A stretch of DNA of 64,000 bases, from positions 9,706 through 73,705 of the forward strand of contig NZ_JAKFWS010000004.1 of NCBI RefSeq assembly GCF_021731785.1, given 5' to 3'. This document shows positions 51,104-59,897 of the stretch, piece after piece. The stretch's first letter is position 1; each line of letters begins with the position of its first letter. Under the pieces are notes generated by a model. That model was not told the origin of the DNA, did no database searches, and saw only the letters and a program-made list of their open reading frames with translations. The stretch comes from Methylocystis sp. Its GTDB lineage: Bacteria > Pseudomonadota > Alphaproteobacteria > Rhizobiales > Beijerinckiaceae. The translations under genes were made by a program, and so were the position numbers.

Positions 51104-52156
51104 ATGGACGGATCGAACGCAATGGCGGAGGAAAAAACGCTTCTCTCGGTCCTGCGCGGAGCGGCTAAAAGCGTTCCGCCGTTGTGGCTGATGCGTCAGG
51201 CCGGCCGCTACCTGCCCGAATATCGCGACGTGCGGGCGACCACGAAAAGCTTTCTCGATTTCTGCTATTCGCCACAGAAAGCCGCGGAAGTGACGCTGCA
51301 GCCGATCCGGCGCTTTCACTTCGACGCGGCGATTCTCTTTTCCGACATTCTCGTCGTGCCGGACGCCATGGGCCAGCGGGTCTCATTCGAGAGCGGCGCA
51401 GGGCCGCGGCTGGAGCCGATCGAGACGCCGGAGCAGGCGGAGCGGCTCGGCGACTTCAAGATCAAACATCTGGCGCCGGTGTTCGAGACGATCGATCTCG
51501 TTAAAGCGGCGCTGCCATCCGATGTCGCCTTCATCGGCTTTTGCGGCGCGCCGTTTACTGTCGCAAGCTACATGATCGGCGGGCAGGGCACGCCCGATCA
51601 GGCGCCGGCGCGTCTCTTCGCCTACCGTTTTCCCGACGCTTTCGCGACGCTCATCGATCGTGTTGTCGAGGCGTCGATCGATTATCTCGCGCGCCAGATC
51701 GAGGCGGGAGTCGACGTCGTCCAGATTTTCGACAGCTGGGCCGGCGTCTTGCCGGCCAATGAATTTATGCGCTGGTCGGCGGCGCCGGTTCGCCGCATTG
51801 TCGAGGGCGTCAAGGCGCGCCATCCGCAAACGCCAGTGATCGCCTTCGTGCGCGGGGCCGACGCGCATCTGCCAATGCTCACGCGCACGATCGGGGCCGA
51901 GGCTTACGGGATCGATACGGCGCTCGACCCCGCTTGGGCGGTGGCGCAAACGGCAGCCGACGTTGTTCTGCAAGGCAATCTCGATCCGCTGGCGCTTGTC
52001 GCCGGCGGCGAAGCGCTCGACCGAGAAGTCGATTCGATTCTCGCCGCGTTCAGAGGCCGGCCGCATATTTTCAATCTCGGCCACGGCATTTTGCAGCAAA
52101 CGCCGATCGAAAATGTCGTGCGGCTTGTCGCGCGCGTGCGACGGACGCGGGCCTGA
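51104..52156 (+). CDS. hemE: uroporphyrinogen decarboxylase
   Basis: PLWLMRQAGRYLPEY, AILFSDIL, QIFDSW, FNLGHGI. Confidence 0.96.
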   Translation: MDGSNAMAEEKTLLSVLRGAAKSVPPLWLMRQAGRYLPEYRDVRATTKSFLDFCYSPQKAAEVTLQPIRRFHFDAAILFSDILVVPDAMGQRVSFESGAGPRLEPIETPEQAERLGDFKIKHLAPVFETIDLVKAALPSDVAFIGFCGAPFTVASYMIGGQGTPDQAPARLFAYRFPDAFATLIDRVVEASIDYLARQIEAGVDVVQIFDSWAGVLPANEFMRWSAAPVRRIVEGVKARHPQTPVIAFVRGADAHLPMLTRTIGAEAYGIDTALDPAWAVAQTAADVVLQGNLDPLALVAGGEALDREVDSILAAFRGRPHIFNLGHGILQQTPIENVVRLVARVRRTRA

Positions 52157-52158
52157 GC

Positions 52159-52578
52159 ATGTACGTCTGGATCAAAGCGCTGCATGTCATCGCCATCATC
52201 TCGTGGATGGCGGGGCTTCTCTATCTGCCGCGACTCTTCGTCTATCACGCCAGCGCCGGAGACGGCGCGCTCTCCGATACGTTCAAAATCATGGAGCGGC
52301 GGCTCTATCGCTATATCATGACGCCGGCGATGCTCGTCGCCTGGATGACGGGAATTTATCTTGCAGTCGAAGGCGGGGCGCTGTCGGCAGGATGGTTTCA
52401 CGTCAAACTGACGCTGGTCGTGCTGCTCACCGCGGCGCATCTCCATGACGGCGCGCTGATGCGCCGTTTCGCGCAAGACGCCAATGTTCATTCGCCGCGC
52501 TACTATCGCATCTTCAATGAGCTCCCAACCGTGCTGATGATCAGCGTCGTCATTCTGGTCATCGTCAAGCCGTTCTGA
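52159..52578 (+). CDS. hemJ: protoporphyrinogen oxidase HemJ
   Basis: WIKALHVIAIISWMAGLLYLPRLFVYH, FNELPT, VIVKPF; ATG 52159. Confidence 0.94.
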   Translation: MYVWIKALHVIAIISWMAGLLYLPRLFVYHASAGDGALSDTFKIMERRLYRYIMTPAMLVAWMTGIYLAVEGGALSAGWFHVKLTLVVLLTAAHLHDGALMRRFAQDANVHSPRYYRIFNELPTVLMISVVILVIVKPF

Positions 52579-52580
52579 CT

Positions 52581-53552
52581 CTAGGCGATGATCTTTTCCC
52601 AATCGGGCGGGGATGGCCGGGCGACGCCATTCACCTTGCCCTTGTTGTCTCCATAGATGCGCTCCGCGGTCCGCCAGCAGAGATCTGCGCAGGCCTTTTC
52701 ACTCAGATGGTCGAGAAAAACGTCGTAGCGCTGGAGTTCTGGTCCCAAGCGTTCGAACTTGGCGACGAGGTCGGAGCCCAAACAAATTCGCTCGCTATGT
52801 CGTTCGGTGAGCGCCAGCCAATTTTCGTCAGGCACGCCATCTGGGCAGATGGCGACGTCGTAGATGACCCATGAATAATCGACGCAAACATTTGGATATT
52901 GATCGAATAGCCGCTCGACCATCTGATAATAAAAAGGCGCGTTCACGCGTCGCGACATGCCGCAATGCGCGAAGATGAAGCGCGTGCGCGGAAATTCGCG
53001 CAGAGCCTCTTCGAGTTCGAAGAGATAAACGGGATGATCGCCCTTGGAAACGGCGGTGATGTTTTGGTGCAACAGCACCGGAAGCTCGTAGTGGCCTGCG
53101 AATTCGTAGATTGGGTGAAGCGCGCGATGATTGGCGCGCGCATTTTCGCCGAAGGTGAAGGCGGTGAGATCGTCGTGGCGCAACAGCATTTCGCCGATGC
53201 CGCTCCACACGTCGGGATATTGCTCATATAGCCGCTCGACGTGACGAATGGCGTAGCGATCGACCGGATTGAAGCCGCAGATCAGCGGATACAGGCGGTT
53301 CTGATGCTCGGCGGGGAGAGCGCGCACCATTTCGGCGACGATGACGTCGGTATAGGCGTAATAATAGCAGTGCGCGTCATTCGCGAGATAATAGTCCGGC
53401 GGCTCGCGGTCGTACTCGTTCCACAGTTTCCGCACGGGCAGTCCGAAGATCACCGCCTTATCGACATTGGCGCGATCCATGTAATCGATGAGCGCCGTTC
53501 CGCCTGGGGTCTCCTGAACGAAGTCGACGACGTGAAGATGCGCGTCGATCAT
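52581..53552 (-). CDS. amidohydrolase-superfamily metalloenzyme (Amidohydro_2-like), substrate unknown
   Basis: IDAHLH, GIGE, VLLH, AHCG, LGSD metal-ligand motifs; start ATG 53552 (ORF open to 53648). Confidence 0.85.
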   Translation of the reverse strand: MIDAHLHVVDFVQETPGGTALIDYMDRANVDKAVIFGLPVRKLWNEYDREPPDYYLANDAHCYYYAYTDVIVAEMVRALPAEHQNRLYPLICGFNPVDRYAIRHVERLYEQYPDVWSGIGEMLLRHDDLTAFTFGENARANHRALHPIYEFAGHYELPVLLHQNITAVSKGDHPVYLFELEEALREFPRTRFIFAHCGMSRRVNAPFYYQMVERLFDQYPNVCVDYSWVIYDVAICPDGVPDENWLALTERHSERICLGSDLVAKFERLGPELQRYDVFLDHLSEKACADLCWRTAERIYGDNKGKVNGVARPSPPDWEKIIA

Positions 53553-53625
53553 CCGGCGTTTGCTACCGCGAAGCCGCGCAAGCGAACCGACGTCTTGCAG
53601 TTTGCGGCGCAAGGTCCGCGACCGT

Positions 53626-54390
53626 TCATAGGGCATTGTCCGCTCCAAGCCTGGCGAGCAATTGGACGGCCTCGTCGGGCCTAATTCGATTGTAGAGGTA
53701 AAGCCAGGCCCTGCGGTCGCCGATGATCTCGATGAGCTCTTGGCGATCGAATCGATCGAGCAGGGTCAGGCTGATGGTGGGCGGGAGCGCGCGCAGCAGC
53801 AGCGCCAGATCGCGGGCGTTGCGCGTGAGCTCCGCGACGCGCGCGAATCCGATGCTGTCGAGCAGCGCGTCTAGAGCATCGTCGGCAAGCGCGTTTAGCG
53901 CGAGCGCCAGATCGTCGCCATGGCGGATGAGGCGACGCAAATAGTCGGCGCCGAGAAGTTCGAGAAGCCGTCGGCTGCGTTGCGCATAGGTCCATTCCAG
54001 AGCGCCTGACAGGTCCCGCGCGGTGACGATGAGCTTTCGCAATCCTGGTCCGCCAAGAGTGTCGATGACGCTCAATCTGACTTGCGGCTCCGCGATTGTC
54101 GCGAGCAGCTCGCGCAGGTGACGCGCCGTCTGCAGAGTATCGGCCAAGGAGTCGCCCATCGCCTCGACGAGAAAGATCTGGTCGTCGCGACCGAGTCCCC
54201 GGATCAGCAGCGGCAGGTCAGAAGGCTTGCGGATGATCCGCGGCAAATGCGGGCGCAGCTGCGTGAGAACGTCCCGGTCGCGCCGGCCGTTGAGAACGTC
54301 GAGAAGCACGACAAGCTCCTCGGCGTCGCCGACGTCGGCGCTTTCGCCGTCCAATCGGACTGAATAGCGAGCAGGATTGAGGGCGGCCAT
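53626..54390 (-). CDS. hypothetical alpha-helical protein built from about seven 34-aa tandem repeats
   Basis: Repeating L..LI....DL...L..L.......LL..LG pattern with 33-36 aa spacing; start 54390 or 54456. Confidence 0.75.
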   Translation of the reverse strand: MAALNPARYSVRLDGESADVGDAEELVVLLDVLNGRRDRDVLTQLRPHLPRIIRKPSDLPLLIRGLGRDDQIFLVEAMGDSLADTLQTARHLRELLATIAEPQVRLSVIDTLGGPGLRKLIVTARDLSGALEWTYAQRSRRLLELLGADYLRRLIRHGDDLALALNALADDALDALLDSIGFARVAELTRNARDLALLLRALPPTISLTLLDRFDRQELIEIIGDRRAWLYLYNRIRPDEAVQLLARLGADNAL

Positions 54391-54589
54391 CTGAAGTCCC
54401 ATGAGAAAAGAAGGGGAAGATGAGGAAAGAGGGGAAAGATTATGCCGCGCCTCCATCCGGATGCGCCAGCGGCGCGGACCCGATCGGCGCGTTAAGGCCG
54501 CTTTAACGGAACTCTTGATTCATGTCTGGAAATTGTCTAATGGAGCTTCATCCCTCTGAGGCCCGTGTCTGCTTATAGCGGCTCGCCGG

Positions 54590-54680
54590 AATTTCCCCCG
54601 GCGCTCGGGAAGGCCATCTCCCCCCGCCCTTACCGCTTATCCCCCCGGCTCCTCTCCACCTGCGCGCAAAACCCCAAGGT
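54590..54680 (+). promoter_or_regulatory. C-rich rho leader (candidate rut site for Rho autoregulation)
   Basis: C-rich, G-poor tract (ctcccccccgcccc...atccccccggctcctctcc) directly upstream of rho. Confidence 0.45.
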
Positions 54681-54689
54681 TCACCCTGA

Positions 54690-55955
54690 ATGCGGGAAAT
54701 TAAACTTTCGGACTTGAAGGCCAAGTCCGCCGCCGAACTCCTCGCTTTCGCCGAAGAGCATGAAGTCGAAAACGCCTCTCTTTTGCGCAAGCAGGAGCTG
54801 CTTTTCGCCATTTTGAAACAATTCGCCAGCCGCGATGTCGAGATCGTCGGCGAAGGCGTCGTCGAAGTGCTGCAGGACGGCTTCGGCTTTCTGCGCTCGC
54901 CCGACGCGAACTATCTTGCCGGACCCGACGACATTTACGTCTCGCCTTCGCAGATCCGGAAATTCGGCCTGCGCACCGGCGACACGGTCGAAGGCATGAT
55001 CCGCAGCCCGAAGGAAGGCGAACGCTATTTCGCGCTCTTAAAAGTCAACAGCATCAATTTCGAAGATCCCGAGAAGGTGCGCCACAAGGTGCCCTTCGAC
55101 AATCTGACGCCGCTCTATCCGGACGAGCGCCTCAAGCTCGAAATCGAAGACCCGACCCGCAAGGATCTCTCGTCGCGCATCATCGATCTCGTTGCGCCGA
55201 TCGGCAAGGGGCAGCGCGCGCTGGTCGTGGCGCCGCCGCGCACCGGCAAGACCGTGCTCCTGCAGAATATCGCGCAGTCGATCACGACCAATCATCCCGA
55301 GTGCTATCTCATCGTGCTGCTCATCGACGAGCGGCCTGAAGAAGTCACCGACATGCAGCGCTCGGTGAAGGGCGAGGTCGTTTCCTCGACCTTCGACGAG
55401 CCGGCGGTTCGCCACGTGCAGGTCGCCGAAATGGTGATCGAGAAGGCGAAGCGTCTCGTCGAACACGGTCGCGACGTGGTGATCCTGCTCGATTCAATCA
55501 CCAGACTCGGGCGCGCTTACAACACCGTGGTGCCGTCTTCGGGCAAAGTGCTGACCGGCGGCGTCGACGCCAATGCGTTGCAGCGTCCCAAGCGCTTCTT
55601 CGGCGCGGCGCGCAATATCGAAGAGGGCGGTTCGCTCACCATCATTGCGACGGCCTTGATCGACACCGGCTCGCGCATGGACGAAGTCATCTTCGAGGAG
55701 TTCAAGGGCACCGGCAACAGCGAGATCATTCTCGACCGCAAGGTTTCCGACAAGCGCATATTCCCGGCGCTGGATATCACCCGTTCCGGCACCCGCAAGG
55801 AAGAGCTGCTCGTCGCCGGCGATATCCTCAAGAAGATGTATGTGCTGCGCCGTATCCTCAATCCGATGGGCACGGTCGACGCGATCGAATTCCTCTTGGG
55901 CAAGCTGCGCGAAACGAAGAACAATCTGGGCTTCTTCGATTCGATGAACACTTAA
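54690..55955 (+). CDS. rho: transcription termination factor Rho
   Basis: [36 protein letters not shown]. Confidence 0.98.
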   Translation: MREIKLSDLKAKSAAELLAFAEEHEVENASLLRKQELLFAILKQFASRDVEIVGEGVVEVLQDGFGFLRSPDANYLAGPDDIYVSPSQIRKFGLRTGDTVEGMIRSPKEGERYFALLKVNSINFEDPEKVRHKVPFDNLTPLYPDERLKLEIEDPTRKDLSSRIIDLVAPIGKGQRALVVAPPRTGKTVLLQNIAQSITTNHPECYLIVLLIDERPEEVTDMQRSVKGEVVSSTFDEPAVRHVQVAEMVIEKAKRLVEHGRDVVILLDSITRLGRAYNTVVPSSGKVLTGGVDANALQRPKRFFGAARNIEEGGSLTIIATALIDTGSRMDEVIFEEFKGTGNSEIILDRKVSDKRIFPALDITRSGTRKEELLVAGDILKKMYVLRRILNPMGTVDAIEFLLGKLRETKNNLGFFDSMNT

Positions 55956-55978
55956 CTAGCGAGAATACTGCACAGCCA

Positions 55979-56018
55979 AGGCGCGGTCGGCTCACTCCCG
56001 CCGCGCCTTTTTTGTTTT
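55979..56018 (+). terminator. intrinsic terminator after rho
   Basis: AGGCGCGG...CCGCGCCT stem followed by TTTTTGTTTT. Confidence 0.75.
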
Positions 56019-56065
56019 GTGAAATAATTGTACAATGCGCAAAATAGCTCGCATGCGGTCGCGCC

Positions 56066-57019
56066 ATGACCAAGGCCGTATTCACGACAAAAAGCTCTTC
56101 TGCTTATGATGACTTGCCAGAAGTGCGATACCATTTTCCAAAGACGTATTTAAACCAAGTCTGCAAGGCTGTGGGCGATTGGGTCGTTTATTACGAACCT
56201 CGCCGCTCGACGATTGAACCTGGCAGTCGTGGTGGCGCTCAGGTCTATTTCGCTATGGCCCGACTCGATCGGATCATCGCTGACGGCTCGCGCGGAGACC
56301 ATTATTTTGCTGAGATGTCGCAATTCCTTCAGTTTGTTAGACCGGTGCCATTTAAAGAGGGCGGCTTCTATTACGAAGCTGGCCTTGAGAAATCAGATGG
56401 GTCCACAAATAGAGGCGCGTTCGGTCGCGCAGTGCGAAATATAACGGACGCTGAATTTGATCGTATATGGCAGACCGGCTTCGGACATGTCATTGGTTTA
56501 GAACAGCGCCTTCGACCGGTGCGGGATATTCCGGAAGAGCCGATGCATCCCATAACCGGATTTTCCGAAAGCCAGTCGGCGTTCAGTTACCCCGACGAAC
56601 CGTCGGAGCAAGATCGAAGGATTGTCGAACAGCTCATCTCGCGTCCCTTTCGAGACAGGGCGTTTTCTGCAGCGGTCAAGGATGCCTACAGCGATACATG
56701 CGCCATGTCCGGTATCAGAATTATCAATGGCGGTGGACGTTCTGAGGTGCAAGCGGCTCACATTCGGCCAGTCGAACATCTTGGTCCGGACAGCGTGCGC
56801 AATGGCATAGCGTTGTCCGGAACACTGCACTGGATGTTCGATAGAGGGCTGATCTCTGTTGATGACGATTATAGTCTGCTATTCGCAAAAGACAGATTGC
56901 CCGATTCGATCGACAGGTTGCTTGGCGGCAACAGCAAGCTGTTGTTGCCGAAACGAGCGGATTTGCGGCCTCACAGGCAGTTTCTGGCATGGCATCGTAA
57001 TGAAGTCTTTAAGGGATAG
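56066..57019 (+). CDS. HNH endonuclease with N-terminal PUA/EVE-like domain (candidate modification-dependent restriction enzyme)
   Basis: C-terminal CAMSG...AAHIRP...DSVRNGIALSGTLHWMFDRG HNH; N-terminal GDWVVYY...AVRNITDAEFDRI; lower GC than flanks (23/60 GC in 56101-56160). Confidence 0.8.
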   Translation: MTKAVFTTKSSSAYDDLPEVRYHFPKTYLNQVCKAVGDWVVYYEPRRSTIEPGSRGGAQVYFAMARLDRIIADGSRGDHYFAEMSQFLQFVRPVPFKEGGFYYEAGLEKSDGSTNRGAFGRAVRNITDAEFDRIWQTGFGHVIGLEQRLRPVRDIPEEPMHPITGFSESQSAFSYPDEPSEQDRRIVEQLISRPFRDRAFSAAVKDAYSDTCAMSGIRIINGGGRSEVQAAHIRPVEHLGPDSVRNGIALSGTLHWMFDRGLISVDDDYSLLFAKDRLPDSIDRLLGGNSKLLLPKRADLRPHRQFLAWHRNEVFKG

Positions 57020-57026
57020 TTTTTGC

Positions 57027-57535
57027 TCACTTTAGGCGAAGCGCCATCAGCGTTTCGTCGAGATAATCGCCTTCGCAAATCTTCGCTGAGCGCTCTTCAA
57101 CGCATAGACGCGAAATCCCCATCGCTCGTAAAAGCGCAGCGCGCGCAAATTCGTTGAGACGACAGTGAGCGTCAAGATTTCGACGTTCTGTTTGGCTTCG
57201 TTGATCAGCCTCTTCATGATCTCGTCGGCGGCGCCCGATCTGCGATGAGTCGCCCTCACATACATGCCGTAGAGCAGCGCCTTGTGGCGCGTCTTGACGC
57301 CGCCGCCCCATGCGAGGCCGCCGACGCCGATCATTTGTGAGTCATCTGCATTGAAGGCGCCGATGACGAAGTCGCGCGTGAGGCGGGCGGCGACGGCGTC
57401 CGTCGCAATATGCGCCTCATCTGCAGGCGCGAAACGAAAGGCGCGGGGCTCCAATCGAAAGCTCTCAAGTCGCAACGCTTGAAAGAGGTCCGCGTCCGAG
57501 GCGTTGAGCCGGCGACATATCGCTCGCGTTCGCAT
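57027..57535 (-). pseudogene. GNAT acetyltransferase with apparent 1-nt deletion near the 3' end
   Basis: GNAT motifs (GMYVRATHRRSGAADEIM, TVVSTNLRALRFYERWGF); the expected tail VEERSAKICEGDYLDETLMALRLK is in another frame after about 57102. Confidence 0.7.
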
Positions 57536-57594
57536 ATGTCTTTGTGCCGGAAGGCTCTTGCGAATTCCAGCGGCGAAAGGAATAAGCGGCGCGC

Positions 57595-58572
57595 ATGTTC
57601 AAGAATTTTGCCAATGTGTGGACGATCGTCGGGGTTGCGCAGGATCTGAAGCGCGTGGCGCCGCTCGCGATGCGCGTCGCCGGCGAGCGGGTTGTGTTGT
57701 TTCGCGACGATGCCGGCAAGGCTTGCGCGCTGATCGATCAATGTCCTCATCGCGGTGTCGCCTTGTCGCTTGGTCGGGTCGAGTATGGCGTCATCGAATG
57801 CCCCTTCCACGGCTGGCGCTTCGACGGCGCAGGCCGCAACTGCCATGTCCCCTGGAACCCCGACGCCAAGCGCGAAAACCTTGCCGCCACGTCGCTGCCA
57901 TGTCGCGAGGCCGGCGGATTGCTGTGGCTTTACACCGGCTTCGACCCGACAGAAGAACCTGAACCTTCTCAGACTCTTACGGCACAAGATCGCGTGGCCT
58001 TATGCGCACAATCCGTAACCTGGAAGGCGCATTGGACGCGGGTGATGGAAAACATGCTCGACAGTCCGCATCTGCCTTTTGTGCACCGCAGCACGATCGG
58101 ACGGGACCTCGCCAAGCATGTCGGAGATGGCAGGCTGGAGATGGTTTTCGAGTCGAGGACCTATGGCGGGCGCATCTGCGCAAGCGTCGATGGGAGCCCA
58201 CGCGCCGGCAATATGGATTACCGTTTTCCCAACGTGATGGAGCTTTTCATCGATCCGCCAGGGAAAACCTTCCGGCTGATGGTCGCCTGCATCCCCGAAG
58301 ATGAGCAAACGACGCGCCTCTGGCTCTTGACCGTGCGCAGCTTCGCCCGCGCGCCGCTGTTTGACTTCGCTTTCCGCTGGATGAACCGGCGGATCGCCCG
58401 CGAGGATCAGGCGATCGTCGAATCCTCTCTGCCGGCGGAGGTCCCGCCGCCCGCCGAAGAGGCCTCTGTCCGCACCGATGCGCCGACCTTGGCGTTTCGC
58501 AAAATCTATCGCGAGCGGCTACTGGGAAGCTCCGCGTCTGCGCCGCGCCGCCGCGAGTGCTTCGCGCCGTGA
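57595..58572 (+). CDS. Rieske non-heme iron oxygenase alpha subunit (VanA/KshA-like)
   Basis: CPHRG...CPFHGW Rieske ligands; ENMLDSPHLPFVH mononuclear Fe motif; C-terminal EDQAIVES. Confidence 0.92.
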   Translation: MFKNFANVWTIVGVAQDLKRVAPLAMRVAGERVVLFRDDAGKACALIDQCPHRGVALSLGRVEYGVIECPFHGWRFDGAGRNCHVPWNPDAKRENLAATSLPCREAGGLLWLYTGFDPTEEPEPSQTLTAQDRVALCAQSVTWKAHWTRVMENMLDSPHLPFVHRSTIGRDLAKHVGDGRLEMVFESRTYGGRICASVDGSPRAGNMDYRFPNVMELFIDPPGKTFRLMVACIPEDEQTTRLWLLTVRSFARAPLFDFAFRWMNRRIAREDQAIVESSLPAEVPPPAEEASVRTDAPTLAFRKIYRERLLGSSASAPRRRECFAP

Positions 58573-59867
58573 CGGCGCCCGACACGATTTTCGCGCTCGG
58601 CACCGGCGCCGGACGGGCGGCGATCGCGATCATCCGGATTTCCGGCCCGGGGGCGGGGCAGGCGCTGAGGAAGCTGGCGGGCAAGAGCCCCGAGCCCCGG
58701 CAGGCGACGTTCGCGATCCTGCGCGATCCTGCGACCGGTGAAATGCTCGACCGCGGCATGGCGTTGTTCTTTCCGGGCCCCGCGTCCTCGACCGGCGAAG
58801 ATTACGCCGAGCTGCAACTTCATGGCGGCCGCGCGGTGGTCGAGGGGACGCTCGCCGCGTTGCAGCGGCTCCCGGGGCTGCGGCCTGCGGACCCCGGCGA
58901 ATTCGCCCGGCGCGGCTTCGCTAATGGCAAGCTCGATCTCTCGCAGGCGGAGGCGCTCGCCGATCTCATTGACGCGCAAACCGAGGCGCAGCGCCGGCAG
59001 GCGTTGCGGATCGCCGGCGGCGCGCTGCGGCGCAAAGTCGAGGGCTGGCGCGGCGCGCTCATAGAGGCGCTGGCGCTTCTTGAAGCCGAGCTCGACTTCA
59101 GTGACGAGGGCGATGTCGGCGCTTTCTCGCCGACGCGGCTCTCTGCGCTGCTGGCGCCGCTTGTGGAAGACATGGGCGCGGCGCTGCGTCTCGCCCCCGC
59201 GTCCGAGCGGATGCGCGACGGCTTCCTCGTCATGATCTTGGGCCGGCCCAATGTCGGGAAATCCACGCTGATCAACGCGTTGACCCGGCGCGATCTCGCC
59301 ATCGTTTCGGCGATTCCCGGCACGACGCGCGACATGATCGAGGCCCATCTCGACATTGGCGGCCTGCCGGTCACGCTGATCGACACCGCGGGCCTCCGAG
59401 AGGCGGCCGATGAGATCGAAAGGATCGGCGTCGATCGGACGATGGCGCGGATCGAAATGGCCGATCTGGCCCTGTGGCTGTCGGATTCGGGCGAGGCGCC
59501 GCCGCGCGGGGATGTCGAGATGATCCGCGTCGCGACCAAGACCGATCTGAGCCCGGCGCCCGAAGGCGCGATCGGAATCTGCGCGTTGAGCGGCGAAGGT
59601 CTCGAAGCTCTCGCCGCCGCGATCGAAGCCCGCGCCCGCGCGCGGCTGGGCGACGGGGCGTCGGCGCTGATCGTGAGGGAAAAGCATCGCCTTGCGCTGG
59701 AACAGGCGATAGAAAGCGTCGCAACCGTGATGGGCCTCAACTCGCCGCTGGAGCTTCAGGCCGAAGAGCTTCGCCGCGCCGCTCGCGCGCTCGGGCGGAT
59801 CGTCGGCGCGATCGATGTCGAAGACGTGCTCGACGCGGTTTTTTCGCGATTCTGTATCGGCAAGTGA
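58569..59867 (+). CDS. mnmE: tRNA modification GTPase MnmE (TrmE)
   Basis: DTIFAL, STGEDYAELQLHGG, GRPNVGKST, GTTRD, DTAG, FCIGK; GTG 58569. Confidence 0.95.
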   Translation: MTAPDTIFALGTGAGRAAIAIIRISGPGAGQALRKLAGKSPEPRQATFAILRDPATGEMLDRGMALFFPGPASSTGEDYAELQLHGGRAVVEGTLAALQRLPGLRPADPGEFARRGFANGKLDLSQAEALADLIDAQTEAQRRQALRIAGGALRRKVEGWRGALIEALALLEAELDFSDEGDVGAFSPTRLSALLAPLVEDMGAALRLAPASERMRDGFLVMILGRPNVGKSTLINALTRRDLAIVSAIPGTTRDMIEAHLDIGGLPVTLIDTAGLREAADEIERIGVDRTMARIEMADLALWLSDSGEAPPRGDVEMIRVATKTDLSPAPEGAIGICALSGEGLEALAAAIEARARARLGDGASALIVREKHRLALEQAIESVATVMGLNSPLELQAEELRRAARALGRIVGAIDVEDVLDAVFSRFCIGK

Positions 59868-59871
59868 TATA

Positions 59872-59887
59872 TGTTTCACGTGAAACA
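59872..59887. promoter_or_regulatory. parS: parS centromere site
   Basis: Perfect palindrome TGTTTCACGTGAAACA between mnmE and mnmG. Confidence 0.93.
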
Positions 59888-59897
59888 GGCTTCCCTC

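Noticed and set aside
59871-59897. N-terminal extension MFHVKQASL of MnmG
   Set aside because: It is the translation of the parS site; homologous sequence begins at ATG 59898.
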